Positions 49,901 through 58,709 of a stretch of 64,000 nucleotides of DNA are shown here, piece by piece. Numbering within the stretch: the stretch's first letter is position 1; every line of letters starts with the position of its first letter. A program made the translations under genes and the position numbers. Under the pieces are notes generated by a model. It did no database searches. It was given only the letters and a program-made list of their open reading frames with translations, and had not been told where the DNA came from. Source of the DNA: a virus; the IMG/VR virus record IMGVR_UViG_3300020395_000002, positions 1 to 64,000 of that record, one strand, 5' to 3'.

Positions 49901-52900
49901 TTATGGTTATTCTGATGAGATGAATGATAGTAGTTCTGTTATTCGTCTTAAGCCTGGCTATATGTTGAAACTAACAGGTAGAACACCTGATGGATATCTC
50001 AACCGTCCTTCTACTATTTCTTATCCATATAAGGCATTCGTTGAAGACTTTGAGTATCCTGGTAATGAGACAGATGATTTGACTACAACATTCTCAGTCT
50101 CTGTATCTACTGCTGTAAGTACTGGTAGTGGTGGTCGTTACTTCATTAGTGGTGGTGGACTAGATGGTACTCAAGAGAAACCATCATTCAACTTTAGAAA
50201 GGGTAGAAAGTATATCTTTAATCTATCTGATGCATCTCTAACTACTCACGCTATGCTCTTCTCCGTCTATGGTGACGGTACATCACAGGGCTGGCACGTT
50301 AGTGGACAGAATGCACAGGATGTAAATGCAGTATACACTGCTGGTATTGTTTATAAGTTAGAAGATGTTGAAGTAGATTATGCTGCATACACTGCTGGCT
50401 TTGATACTGCAACTTTAAGATCAGTAGAGATTACTCCAGCGAGTGATGCTCCACAATCAATATTCTATTTCTGCTATAACCATAGTAATATGGGTGAGAG
50501 GATTATTATTGGTGACCTAGACAAGAGAAATGGTCGCTACTGTAAGACTCCTGACTATCCAAATGGTACCTATGCATACTTCATTACTGAAGATGATAAC
50601 GGTGATCCTGCGTTCCCATATGTTATGGGTAGTGAGTATAAGTCAGATCCTTTATTCCCTGGTGATACAGCATACGAGAGTGACTCATTTGTATATGATG
50701 TTGGTGGTTTAGAATTAAATGTTCTACAAAATTCTTGGCATCAAATTACTGATGTAGATACTGCTAACACTAGCTTCCAGATCACAGCAAATGCTGCATC
50801 ATTTACAGCATCAACAAGTGAAACTGGTGGTAATCTATTGAAGGTTGCTAAAATTACTGGTACACACCAAGAAGGTGATGGTATTGCGAAATGGCAAGCA
50901 ATTAATCCTACAACTAACAAGTTGTGGTTCCAGACTGAACAGCAAGAGGATGCTGGTGCTGGTGAAGGATCACAGATAATGATCGTTCCAGTAGATACAA
51001 GTACAGATCATAATGCACCTGATCAACCTACATCTACAACTAGAGGTGTTATTACACCATACATTGATCTATTAACTACGTGGTACACACCAGCTGGTTC
51101 TCTAGGTACATTTAATATTGGTGAAACAGTTAACGTACAGTTAGGTGTATCATTCTTAAGAACATATGCTAATGAGACTATAGTTGATAGAGATTATACT
51201 ATTAGTTCTTCAGGACCATTTACTACCAGTGGATTGTCATTTGACACAAGTACTGGTGTATTCAGTGGTACCTTAACCAATACAGAAACGCTCGACCTAA
51301 CATTAACAGTCGAAGAAAATATTTCTGGCCAAACTCAGGAGTATACGATTCAACTAACCAACGTCACAACAACTGCTGCTGACCTTGAATTAGTTTATGA
51401 TGTAGGATCAAGAAACGTTGACTACAACTCAGTTAACAAGACCCACGGTCAACCAGATGATAATGTATCTTGGCTTACTGATAACTGGTACTCACGTCCT
51501 ATGTTCTACAAGTCATTGTCTATGATGTTGACTCAGAGTGCATATGACAATGATAGATTTGAGTATGTACCATTCTGGCAGATCTATGCTGACAAGGGTG
51601 CTGGTAGTACTTGGTATAACTTGAATGAGTATGCTAATGCTTCTAGTTGTGCATATGAAGATGATGATTTCTTCGATAACAACGTTGATAACAGAAATAC
51701 ACATTACTCATACGTTGAGAGATATGAGGATGTAACAGGACGTGAGATGGGATTTGCTCATCTAGTTCTTAACAAGTGGTGGAAATATGCTACTGCATTC
51801 TTCCGTTGCAAGATGCGTTTCAGACTTAACTTTGACCTTGTAGCAGTTGGTGCTGACTATCAGGTACAAATTAATGCTGGTGGTTCTACAGTGTATGAAG
51901 TACCTAAGGGAGCATTCTATCGATTTGATATTAGTGATGCATCTTGGGCTGGTAAAACACTAGAGTACAGACTATCAGCAAATGGACTAACATCTACTAC
52001 TAATGTACGTACTTATGGTACTCCAGGTCAAGCAGGTGCTTGGTCTGAGGTTTATATACCTGAGTCATATAGTGCAGCAAGTATCTTCTTTGGACAGTCT
52101 GGTGGTACTACATTTGCATCACAGCATTTAGACTTTACCACTACTTACACTGCTATTGTAAGTTCTACTGCACAGTTAACAGTTACTAACCTACCAGCAT
52201 TACCTGCACAGCCAGCATTGACTCTGTATAGTGGTGCTAATTCAATCACTGCTAACTTATTCTCTGCAAATACTGAGTATGGTGGAGAGACACATTATCC
52301 AAACACAGTTCCTTATCTAACTGCTGGTAAGTCACCTAAGGAAGGTCGTTTCCCTGTTGTCTTGACCTGTACTGACCAGAACATCGAGTACATTTGGTTT
52401 AGTAAGTCATTCTCTTATGATACTGCTGCTGGCACCAAGTCATTTGCTTGGAAGACACAGTACGAGACATATCCTGACTACATTCCTTTAAGTTCTCCAT
52501 ACTTTAAGTCTAGAAAGGATGCACGTAATAGTACTTCTACAGTATACGATTGTAACTTAGAAGGTAAAGGAATCTATGTAGGTAACTATATTAACACTAC
52601 TGAAGAGTTCCCAGTACGTAATGATTACGGTGGATATAATATTGAGATACCTATTCAAAACCCATCAGCTTTAGCACCACCTAAGGATGCTTCTGGTAAC
52701 GTTATGCGTGCCACTGACCTCCCTTGTAATGGTATACCAGCTGGTGTGAACGAACCATATTCATTCCAGTTGTATGTTTACAACGGAACATACTCATCAC
52801 TATCTAATGAGATTAGTGTTATCTCTAACCCACCTGAACTAGGTATGTGGTGGTATGAGTATTCTAATGGATGGACTGGTACTCTATCTAATGGATACCT

Positions 52901-53747
52901 ACGTCACGATCAGGGATTTGTAGATACTACATTAACCTGTGGTGATTACTTTGGTAATATCCTAGTAAGATCATTTGTTATTGACGTTGCTGGTGCACCA
53001 TTGAATGCACTACCATACATCGATATCAATACCTTACAGGTTCAGGACTACTATAAGGGTGCACAGAACTTTACTGTTACTGACAACCAGACACAGGACG
53101 TACAGGTATCATATACAATTGATGCTGGCCAGTTCACTTGGAGGTTACGTATCATTAATGAGTTCCCATATATGGAGACGAAAGATGGTGCTAATAGAAC
53201 TATCTTCACTCTTAATAATGCTACTCACGCTAATGGTCCTACAGTAGTTAACACTGGTGACTTTAGCACATATACTGGTCAGTTAGCAGCAGCTACTGGA
53301 CTCTTACGTGAGTGTCCCTTCCGTGGTGACACTAATATTAATATGCCAGTTGACTTCTCTGTTAAGAATGATATTCAACCTGCTATCTTCCCTGCACGTG
53401 GTACACAGAAGATGTATTCACTATGGGTAGAGTTAGTTGAGTCACCATTCACATTGACTGACTTGATTAACCTTACAGCAGTTGCTGATCCTTGTCAGGA
53501 TCATACATATGATTTCGCATACACCCAGAACGGTGCTTGCGTCACACCATCTAATGATTACTTCTGTAACTTCATCAAACCATTGAGAGATCGTAATCAT
53601 CCTGAACAACCTATTGTAGGTATGGATGGTATCGCACAGATCAAGGTAACTGATGGTATCACACCAAGAACACTGGACTTCCAAGTTCCAGCACCTTGGC
53701 CAATTCTTTATTCATACTTAGGTGATTGTAACCCCACTTGCTCATAA
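43956..53747 (+). CDS. Giant multidomain late protein: S8 subtilase, YHYH-like and cupredoxin-like domains
   Basis: YILDTG / GHGTQCA / DGTSFSGP triad; two HS..IG.A.DGYP.YGP...LD.RNGR..TPDYP.GTYAYF units; C-x2-H-x2-M motifs; late motif at 43915. Confidence 0.85.
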   Translation: MQIEEGRIIVQVSKEIEVATVIERAKQRFTSLANTHDLTRFKTLFLDFPSRDQNFITILKSDEFPEVIGAHWDAKMTIKKQDLQNEVGVKHADAFEMAEETYDISNPPAVTPNDPSREDVATYSSTSSDTASALTAQVKPFSYGSVRPWNGSTSTLTYTGIVNVGSYGPKLALLSGGVIYESIALDYMLPNFTIVFSLADASNAGYKWCFSTTPDGTNNGGTEYTTGVTRVGTPGTAGSSVSIALSATTPLELYIYEDTTPTMGMSGSYIPSTTYSFKITIFNKWHLQRISQSTDNLGYGLYSLTEDGENSDIYILDTGVRGASRPADTAGANLHPELYHPDYISDFNGTTEQANYRVYEVPGYNSGITLNGEANSNEDDDGHGTQCAICAAGVTFGVAKKARIFAMKVFNETGTEYTTFASRYINCMLAIANHNDSTHANWKGNTRPAIVNASLGAIIPNRYWPYVYKNEPGFDSGAGESDTLFDDYENYLIESGVIFVRSAGNGFTDGTWAGTYGGYQGKYLVGVRTAGPKDNLHNMEIPDASDKGKITVGATAHNNNFSAFSNYGTITTSAPGESIYCPRWYWNSATPYNQISSSYYTNIDGTSFSGPITAGVLAQWATKMTYQQGVTYEGKPLPQLAKEWLRRPLDWDYIRTYNGATASPVSYEFGGASVQTYPSNTIDEIVFDGLNTTVSTGAASNVLTFNLGSEFSRLNPVLGDQIQIRTPIGIIAQDIISDVWVTSVASPTAAYHKEGGLFNVVSDNHPAPGLYGVFPKAGTSGYVSNLTLSQQGSGYTIAPVVSFSGGGGTDATATAQITLTGGGVTGINVDQSGSGYTEAPTVTISGDGNGATATANISLTGGGIQTVTVTNGGNGYNPLNVPAVAFSGGGGGGAAATAVVTDGIVTGVTITNPGSGYTQAPSVTIAAASPPVQGTTFDIANMFVSGGGSVTTGSLNIVNNALTTVADNLPQPALFGSFPNVNNPWSILPKSYNHTLTYRGGRNVSKTGTPDSALGAAYGFVALTLNGVTIQTYNWGLNTNLPDGTNCPTGYSFDQVYNINAFGGDSGNATVGSDGAYYYTSGKFFTELWKGSTTTMVVTVVNVAGSNKYFIDTTQTPNLQVTEGNTYYFDQSDSSNTGYPFKISESQDGIHIQGGTEYITGIRYQGTPGDGQAGTGTYIQVQPDSPNLFYYCSLYSGYGAAASVTTLANTSALPSNTSADIINATHHSPIIGIAKDGYPVYGPVGYDSPGSTASLARMQSGWTLRSTRTGTPYTPQTYTWGVTADDNLDFDFTGESTGSDVTINANVGDNLVFNVNAQYSTGGGGGSTPQTYNLVVTASGASDYTVSGSDRNGNVNGADPTLTFYEGDTVNFTVSASGHPFHLKTQAGTGTSNQIPGVTNNGTQSGTVTWVIGSTAAGTYYYQCEYHSGMVGTMTVQTSGGGGGSTITHPFWIQKVPAPYNPAQVVATVVNNGSYNATVLWNTATAAAGTYYYVCEMHQAMTGTITLTEPVGFSPNVNTYPMGSFIEDYEFTDAGHLDNRNGRFCITPDYPGGTYAYFMTFDNQANPQFPYAIGNRFYGDAVEYGETASSNPVFEEPAAAGSSIGTQTGVVDSITVDTQGVGYTTATVSFTGGGGVGAEASASLSVLDGYVSGLNVTDGGTGYSTAPTVTIAAPNVAGGVQATAVSSIAITAGNPNSIVDQSFDQDFNWRGGTNYGATTNPPTQTPLRSVKPYAITTTGVYIYHYSNESGPTPGWTFNDVTNENLTGADTYGGYPNSQNIYGYNSSKLLEAYQTSDVRNGSNYIGLTYYDLGYQTITYAVTVAAKTASNSYYNQGSTDCYYLQQAGGSAQEAPALAFTRGNTYIFNQDNSSNDGHPLYISTTEDGIHNGGVRYTAGITYRLNGVAVDAVSYLSSFDASVLRSITIVVPLDAPATLYYVSDVGIKEGKGITTNDNIQGDYRRHANGHSKILGIAFDGYPIYGPYGYSDEMNDSSSVIRLKPGYMLKLTGRTPDGYLNRPSTISYPYKAFVEDFEYPGNETDDLTTTFSVSVSTAVSTGSGGRYFISGGGLDGTQEKPSFNFRKGRKYIFNLSDASLTTHAMLFSVYGDGTSQGWHVSGQNAQDVNAVYTAGIVYKLEDVEVDYAAYTAGFDTATLRSVEITPASDAPQSIFYFCYNHSNMGERIIIGDLDKRNGRYCKTPDYPNGTYAYFITEDDNGDPAFPYVMGSEYKSDPLFPGDTAYESDSFVYDVGGLELNVLQNSWHQITDVDTANTSFQITANAASFTASTSETGGNLLKVAKITGTHQEGDGIAKWQAINPTTNKLWFQTEQQEDAGAGEGSQIMIVPVDTSTDHNAPDQPTSTTRGVITPYIDLLTTWYTPAGSLGTFNIGETVNVQLGVSFLRTYANETIVDRDYTISSSGPFTTSGLSFDTSTGVFSGTLTNTETLDLTLTVEENISGQTQEYTIQLTNVTTTAADLELVYDVGSRNVDYNSVNKTHGQPDDNVSWLTDNWYSRPMFYKSLSMMLTQSAYDNDRFEYVPFWQIYADKGAGSTWYNLNEYANASSCAYEDDDFFDNNVDNRNTHYSYVERYEDVTGREMGFAHLVLNKWWKYATAFFRCKMRFRLNFDLVAVGADYQVQINAGGSTVYEVPKGAFYRFDISDASWAGKTLEYRLSANGLTSTTNVRTYGTPGQAGAWSEVYIPESYSAASIFFGQSGGTTFASQHLDFTTTYTAIVSSTAQLTVTNLPALPAQPALTLYSGANSITANLFSANTEYGGETHYPNTVPYLTAGKSPKEGRFPVVLTCTDQNIEYIWFSKSFSYDTAAGTKSFAWKTQYETYPDYIPLSSPYFKSRKDARNSTSTVYDCNLEGKGIYVGNYINTTEEFPVRNDYGGYNIEIPIQNPSALAPPKDASGNVMRATDLPCNGIPAGVNEPYSFQLYVYNGTYSSLSNEISVISNPPELGMWWYEYSNGWTGTLSNGYLRHDQGFVDTTLTCGDYFGNILVRSFVIDVAGAPLNALPYIDINTLQVQDYYKGAQNFTVTDNQTQDVQVSYTIDAGQFTWRLRIINEFPYMETKDGANRTIFTLNNATHANGPTVVNTGDFSTYTGQLAAATGLLRECPFRGDTNINMPVDFSVKNDIQPAIFPARGTQKMYSLWVELVESPFTLTDLINLTAVADPCQDHTYDFAYTQNGACVTPSNDYFCNFIKPLRDRNHPEQPIVGMDGIAQIKVTDGITPRTLDFQVPAPWPILYSYLGDCNPTCS

Positions 53748-53761
53748 AATAGACTAAACTA

Positions 53762-55726
53762 ATGGCACTAGTATTCCCACCAGCCTTGGGTAATATCCCT
53801 TCACCTAGTTCGTTAACACCTACGATTTTAGGTACTGCATTTTATGCAGTAACGACTGGTGGGGTTGCTCCTGGCACACATCAATCAACTGATTGGCAGA
53901 TCAATACCTCTAGTGGTTTTGAGTCTGCTAATTTTGTATACAACCAAAATGATACAGTTAATCTGACATTTATAACCATACCAGCATCAACACTGGTATT
54001 AAAAACCAAATATTATATACGTTTCCGTTTCCGTGATACGCTTGGTAATATATCTAACTGGTCTCAGACTGGTGAATTTAATACAGGATTGCAGATTGAA
54101 ACACCTTCAATCACTATAAGTTCTCCAACACAATTACAACCTATCATTTCATCATCTGCATATGTTGGTGTTAATACACACAGTAGAAGTGATTGGCAAG
54201 TATCCACTGATTATTATTTCAATACAATAAATCAACAACTGATAGATTCTCCATCATCACTGACTCAGTATTCTGAGGCTAGTGGGTTGTCATACAGTAC
54301 ATTATATTATGTACGTGTAAGATATAAAGATAATCTAGGTCAGTATTCTGAGTGGTCTACACCAGCATCATTCTATACTGATACATCAACTAATGTTAAC
54401 CCACAGATTGATAGACCATCTATCATCAATCCAGCTGATGCATCAAGCAACTCATCATTAACTCCTACATTGACTGGTGGAGCATTTAGTGGTAGTAATA
54501 ATGCTACTCACGTGTCATCTACGTGGCAGATAGCATTCTCACCTACATTTGGTAGTAGTTCAACTACTGCACCAGGTGCCACAGGTACTACATCATCACA
54601 GATAAGTAATACTAGTGGTCTAGTGTATGAAGCATTAAATGATATTAACAATAAGACAACTCTTACAATTAATCCTGGTATTTTAGAGGAAGGTAAGACA
54701 TATTATGTACGTGTGAGATACCAGTACGTTGATCTACAGAGTGTACAGTGGAATTCAGAATGGTCTGAACCTATCTACTTCACAACTGTTGATGTTCCTG
54801 GAGAGATACAGTGTCCATTTATCAGTAGTATTACAGAATCTACGATCTATGATAGAATGGACGTAGTTTCCTCAGCATATGTGGCTACACAGGCTGCTGG
54901 ACAATCACACGTTCATAGTGATTGGGAGGTATCAACTGATATTGGATTTACTAACGTTGTTATTACTGCACAAGCAGACACTACGAACAAAACTACATTC
55001 CCAATTCCAACTGACTCTATCCGTCCATCAACTAATTACTACGTTAGAACAAGGTATTATAATGGAAGTATCTGGTCTGCATACTCAGCAGGTTACTTAT
55101 TCCAGTCTCCTGCAACTTCAACTGGTACTCTACAGGACTTCACAAGAGTCCAGACGGATACGCTTGATGACTTGTCAGTCTCAACTAATAAAATTATTAA
55201 TCTATCAGTCACAAATGAGAAGTTAGCTGATAATACACTAACATCACAGAAGATGGCCATAGGTGGTATCGATGCTAATGCGTCACTTGCAGATGATTCT
55301 GTAACAGATACTAAGTTAAATAGTGGTACAGGTGTTGAAGCAGTAGTAACTAATACTATTCGTAACCTGAATGTCACAACTCCTAAGTTGGCTGATAATG
55401 CAGTGACATCAGATAAGATAGACATATCTGGTGCAGTAGATCCTTCTACTCCTATTAACGGACAGATCTTCTATAATACTGCTGAAGATACATTCAAAAC
55501 ATATAATGGTAGTAACTGGAAAGAGTCAGGTGATGCTGGTGATTACTACATCATTCAGAAACCAACTTCAGCTCAAACTAACCTGACTGTTATTAAGTCT
55601 GGTAGATCTACCAACGTATCATATGCTGAGTATTCAAACCCACTCAATACTCATCAATTCTTTGCACCTGCGGGTTTGCAATTCAATATAGATAGTAGTG
55701 GGCATCTCATCGTCACTGTAAGGTAA
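53762..55726 (+). CDS. Virion protein with FN3-like repeats
   Basis: Four H..SxWQ...YYVRVRY...S.WS repeats; C-terminal FNIDSSGHLIV. Confidence 0.75.
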   Translation: MALVFPPALGNIPSPSSLTPTILGTAFYAVTTGGVAPGTHQSTDWQINTSSGFESANFVYNQNDTVNLTFITIPASTLVLKTKYYIRFRFRDTLGNISNWSQTGEFNTGLQIETPSITISSPTQLQPIISSSAYVGVNTHSRSDWQVSTDYYFNTINQQLIDSPSSLTQYSEASGLSYSTLYYVRVRYKDNLGQYSEWSTPASFYTDTSTNVNPQIDRPSIINPADASSNSSLTPTLTGGAFSGSNNATHVSSTWQIAFSPTFGSSSTTAPGATGTTSSQISNTSGLVYEALNDINNKTTLTINPGILEEGKTYYVRVRYQYVDLQSVQWNSEWSEPIYFTTVDVPGEIQCPFISSITESTIYDRMDVVSSAYVATQAAGQSHVHSDWEVSTDIGFTNVVITAQADTTNKTTFPIPTDSIRPSTNYYVRTRYYNGSIWSAYSAGYLFQSPATSTGTLQDFTRVQTDTLDDLSVSTNKIINLSVTNEKLADNTLTSQKMAIGGIDANASLADDSVTDTKLNSGTGVEAVVTNTIRNLNVTTPKLADNAVTSDKIDISGAVDPSTPINGQIFYNTAEDTFKTYNGSNWKESGDAGDYYIIQKPTSAQTNLTVIKSGRSTNVSYAEYSNPLNTHQFFAPAGLQFNIDSSGHLIVTVR

Positions 55727-56982
55727 TGGCAGAATTTTTTATCGACGTAGGTAAGATTAAACTTACTTGGAAAGACCAATGGTCTAGTAGCGTTGACTAC
55801 GTAGCGGATGATCTTGTTCGACACGACGATGGATCAACTATTAGTTCATATATTGCTGTAGCTACCAGTACAAACCAAGCACCATCAACAACAGGTACAG
55901 TCAATACATCTTATTGGCAACTGTTTGCATCTGGTGGTCTTGCTGGTGGACTACAGCCAGGTGGTAATGCTAGTAATCAAGTACAGTGGAAGGATGGATT
56001 AGCACTGGGTGGTGATTCAACATTCACATATGATGATACAACAGATTTACTTACAGTTCCCTCAATTTCTGTATCAGGTACAAGTACAACGTACGACGTT
56101 GATGTAACTGGTACTGTACGTGCTACATCATACTATGAAGGTGCTAATCAACTAACATATAATATATCTGGAGCACAGATAACATCTGGTACTGTTGGTA
56201 ACTCATATCTACCAACAGATATATCAGTCACTAATCTTACAGCATCTACTGGTCTTAATATTAAGACAGGTGGATTGATATTTGATGACACTACAAATCG
56301 AGTTGGTGTTAATACAGCAGTACCTGGTACTTCTCTTGATGTCAAGGGAACATCAAGTGATGCTGATATAGTAGTTGGTAGGTTTAGAGCAGACCATACT
56401 ACTGCCAAAGGTACGTACATAGAGGTACAACCTAACAGTGCACAAGCACAGAAGTCTGGTGTACATCTACATAAGAATTCATTACGTACAGAACCATTTA
56501 CCATTGAGAATGATGGTGGTGCTGTAAGTATGCACAATTCTTCTGTAAGTGCACCTAGTATAGATTTAAAATTAAATGGTACTAGTACATTTAACTTAAC
56601 ACCAACTGTATCACATCTCACTAATTCATTGAGAATTGATGGATGCTTTGATGAAGCAGTTACTGCTGTGACTATTAGTGGTACTAACGTATTAAGCATA
56701 GATGCAACTGTTGCTTCAGTATTTACTGTAACACTAGATAATGCTATAACCACATATAATGTCACACTTCCTACATCGGCACGTTCAGTCACGTTGACAT
56801 TCTTGTTTACTAATACAACAGGTTCTAACCATACTATTAACTGGCCATCTAATACCAAATGGCCAGGTGGAACGTCACCTACAATGACATCGCTACAAAA
56901 TGCTACTGATATTATATCACTATCTACTGTTGATGGTGGTAGTTCTTGGTATGGATTCTTAGGCGGTGCGGAGTTTACCTAA
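55726..56982 (+). CDS. Tail fibre/adaptor protein 1
   Basis: IDVGKIK.W..Y..DD.V N-terminus; C-terminal WPGGTSPT...DIISL.T.DGG..YG. Confidence 0.75.
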   Translation: MAEFFIDVGKIKLTWKDQWSSSVDYVADDLVRHDDGSTISSYIAVATSTNQAPSTTGTVNTSYWQLFASGGLAGGLQPGGNASNQVQWKDGLALGGDSTFTYDDTTDLLTVPSISVSGTSTTYDVDVTGTVRATSYYEGANQLTYNISGAQITSGTVGNSYLPTDISVTNLTASTGLNIKTGGLIFDDTTNRVGVNTAVPGTSLDVKGTSSDADIVVGRFRADHTTAKGTYIEVQPNSAQAQKSGVHLHKNSLRTEPFTIENDGGAVSMHNSSVSAPSIDLKLNGTSTFNLTPTVSHLTNSLRIDGCFDEAVTAVTISGTNVLSIDATVASVFTVTLDNAITTYNVTLPTSARSVTLTFLFTNTTGSNHTINWPSNTKWPGGTSPTMTSLQNATDIISLSTVDGGSSWYGFLGGAEFT

Positions 56983-58670
56983 TGCCAATAGGATTCGCTA
57001 AAGCAATAACTACATCTGGTGGTGGAGGTTCTACTCTAGTAGCAGGCCAAACACATTTTGATGGTACCATTCACACTTATGATGGTGGTACTAGTACTTA
57101 CTGGTGGACTGTACCAGAAAATGTTTTCGCTGTCTCTGTACTTTGCATAGGTGGTGGTGGATCTGGTGGTGGAGGAGGAGACGGACACTGCGGAGGTGGT
57201 GGTGGAGGTCTCACGTGGGGTAATGATATTCCAGTGACTCCAGGTGAACAGATTTATATTTCAGTTGGATCTGGTGGTAATGCAAGTGGTACAAACTATG
57301 ACCACGGTAGGGACGGTGGTAGATCATATTTTAGGAACACAAGTACTATCTACGCTGATGGTGGTAGAGGTGGTGGTAATGGAAATAACAGCAACAACCT
57401 AACTTGGGGTGGTGGCTACGGCGGTGCTGGTGGTAATGGATATGGCACGTACGGAGCTGGCGGTGGTAATGGCGGTCAAGGAGGTACAAACTACACTGGT
57501 AGCCACGGTGACGAAAATGGTGGCGGTGGTGGAGGAGCTGGTGGATATACAGGTAATGGATTCCAAGGAAATAACAACACTAACACCTCAGGAGAATACT
57601 GTGCAGCAGGTGGTGGTGGAACAGGAATGTATGGAGGCACAGGAACAGGTGGTGGAGGTGGAGAACACGGAGCAAGTGGATGGAGAGGTGGTGGATTTGG
57701 AGCATCGGGTGGTGCAACAGCAACAAATATTCAAGGAAGTGGTAGCCAAGCTGGTGCTGGTGCTATCTACGGTGGTGGAGGAGGTGGAGGAGAAGAAACC
57801 GATAAAGCAAATAATGATGGTGCACCAGGCGTTGTAAGAATTATTTGGGGAGCAGGTAGAGCATATCCGAACACTGCCACAACTGATGTAGCTGATGGTT
57901 CTAGTGGACAAGCAACATATACAGCTGCTGGAACCTTCAATTGGATTGCTCCTAGTGGTGTTACCTCTGTATGTGTGGTAGCAGTTGGTGCTGGTGGTAA
58001 CGAAAGCACAGCAGCAGGAGATGGAGGTGGTGGACTTGGATGGAAGAATAATATCTCAGTATCACCAGGTCAGTCATACCAAGTTAAAGTTGGTGCTCGT
58101 ATAGGTGGTGCTCAAGGTCACGGTGATGAGTCGTGGTTTATAAACAATAGCACTGTTTGTGGTGAAGGTGGATATATGGGTGACAGTATCACTGGTGGAG
58201 CTGGTGGAGGATACACTGGAGACGGCGGTGGTAATGGTGGTACAGGTGGAGCAGCGAATGGAAATAGAGGAGGTGGCGGTGGAGCTGGTGGATATTCTGG
58301 AAATGGTGGAGCAGGTGGAGCTGGAGTAAATTCTGGGGCAAGTAATGGTAGCAATGGATCTGGTGGCGGTGGAGGAGGTGCTGGCGGTGCTTCTTGGGAA
58401 GGCGGTGCTGGAGGAGGCGTTGGTCTTCTAGGTGAAGGTTCCAATGGTCTAGGATGTCCTGGAACATATCAAGGTACTGCTGGTCAGGCATACGCACATT
58501 GTGGATTGGGTGGATCTGGTGGTCTACCACAATCGTGGGGTACCTTCATTGGTCTCGGACCTGGTTCAGGTGGAGGTGGAGGTAATGGTATATCTGGATC
58601 TATTGGGGCAGTAAGAATAATCTGGGGTCCTAATAGAGCATTCCCTAGCACAAATACAGGCGATCTGTAA
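56982..58670 (+). CDS. Glycine-rich adhesin-like protein (two tandem Gly-rich domains)
   Basis: ATG at 56982 coupled by TAATG; two W..P..V..V...GGG...VRIIWG..RA.P.T.T.D units. Confidence 0.75.
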   Translation: MPIGFAKAITTSGGGGSTLVAGQTHFDGTIHTYDGGTSTYWWTVPENVFAVSVLCIGGGGSGGGGGDGHCGGGGGGLTWGNDIPVTPGEQIYISVGSGGNASGTNYDHGRDGGRSYFRNTSTIYADGGRGGGNGNNSNNLTWGGGYGGAGGNGYGTYGAGGGNGGQGGTNYTGSHGDENGGGGGGAGGYTGNGFQGNNNTNTSGEYCAAGGGGTGMYGGTGTGGGGGEHGASGWRGGGFGASGGATATNIQGSGSQAGAGAIYGGGGGGGEETDKANNDGAPGVVRIIWGAGRAYPNTATTDVADGSSGQATYTAAGTFNWIAPSGVTSVCVVAVGAGGNESTAAGDGGGGLGWKNNISVSPGQSYQVKVGARIGGAQGHGDESWFINNSTVCGEGGYMGDSITGGAGGGYTGDGGGNGGTGGAANGNRGGGGGAGGYSGNGGAGGAGVNSGASNGSNGSGGGGGGAGGASWEGGAGGGVGLLGEGSNGLGCPGTYQGTAGQAYAHCGLGGSGGLPQSWGTFIGLGPGSGGGGGNGISGSIGAVRIIWGPNRAFPSTNTGDL

Positions 58671-58709
58671 GACTAAATAGGTAAAGAGAACAAGTATCTT
58701 CTGAGTTAA

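Noticed and set aside
56148-56858. 236-aa minus-strand ORF and the many other antisense or alternate-frame ORFs in the track (e.g. 58118-58444 Pro-rich, 21156-21551, 34534-34920)
   Set aside because: Shadows of Gly/Thr/Ser-rich sense genes with biased codons; no RBS, promoters or motifs
56946-56981. Upstream start for the Gly-rich protein
   Set aside because: The TAATG-coupled ATG at 56982 fits the pattern of neighbouring genes
57000-58600. GGT/GGA-rich repeats as a possible tandem repeat or CRISPR-like array
   Set aside because: Simply poly-Gly coding sequence; no constant repeat-spacer structure
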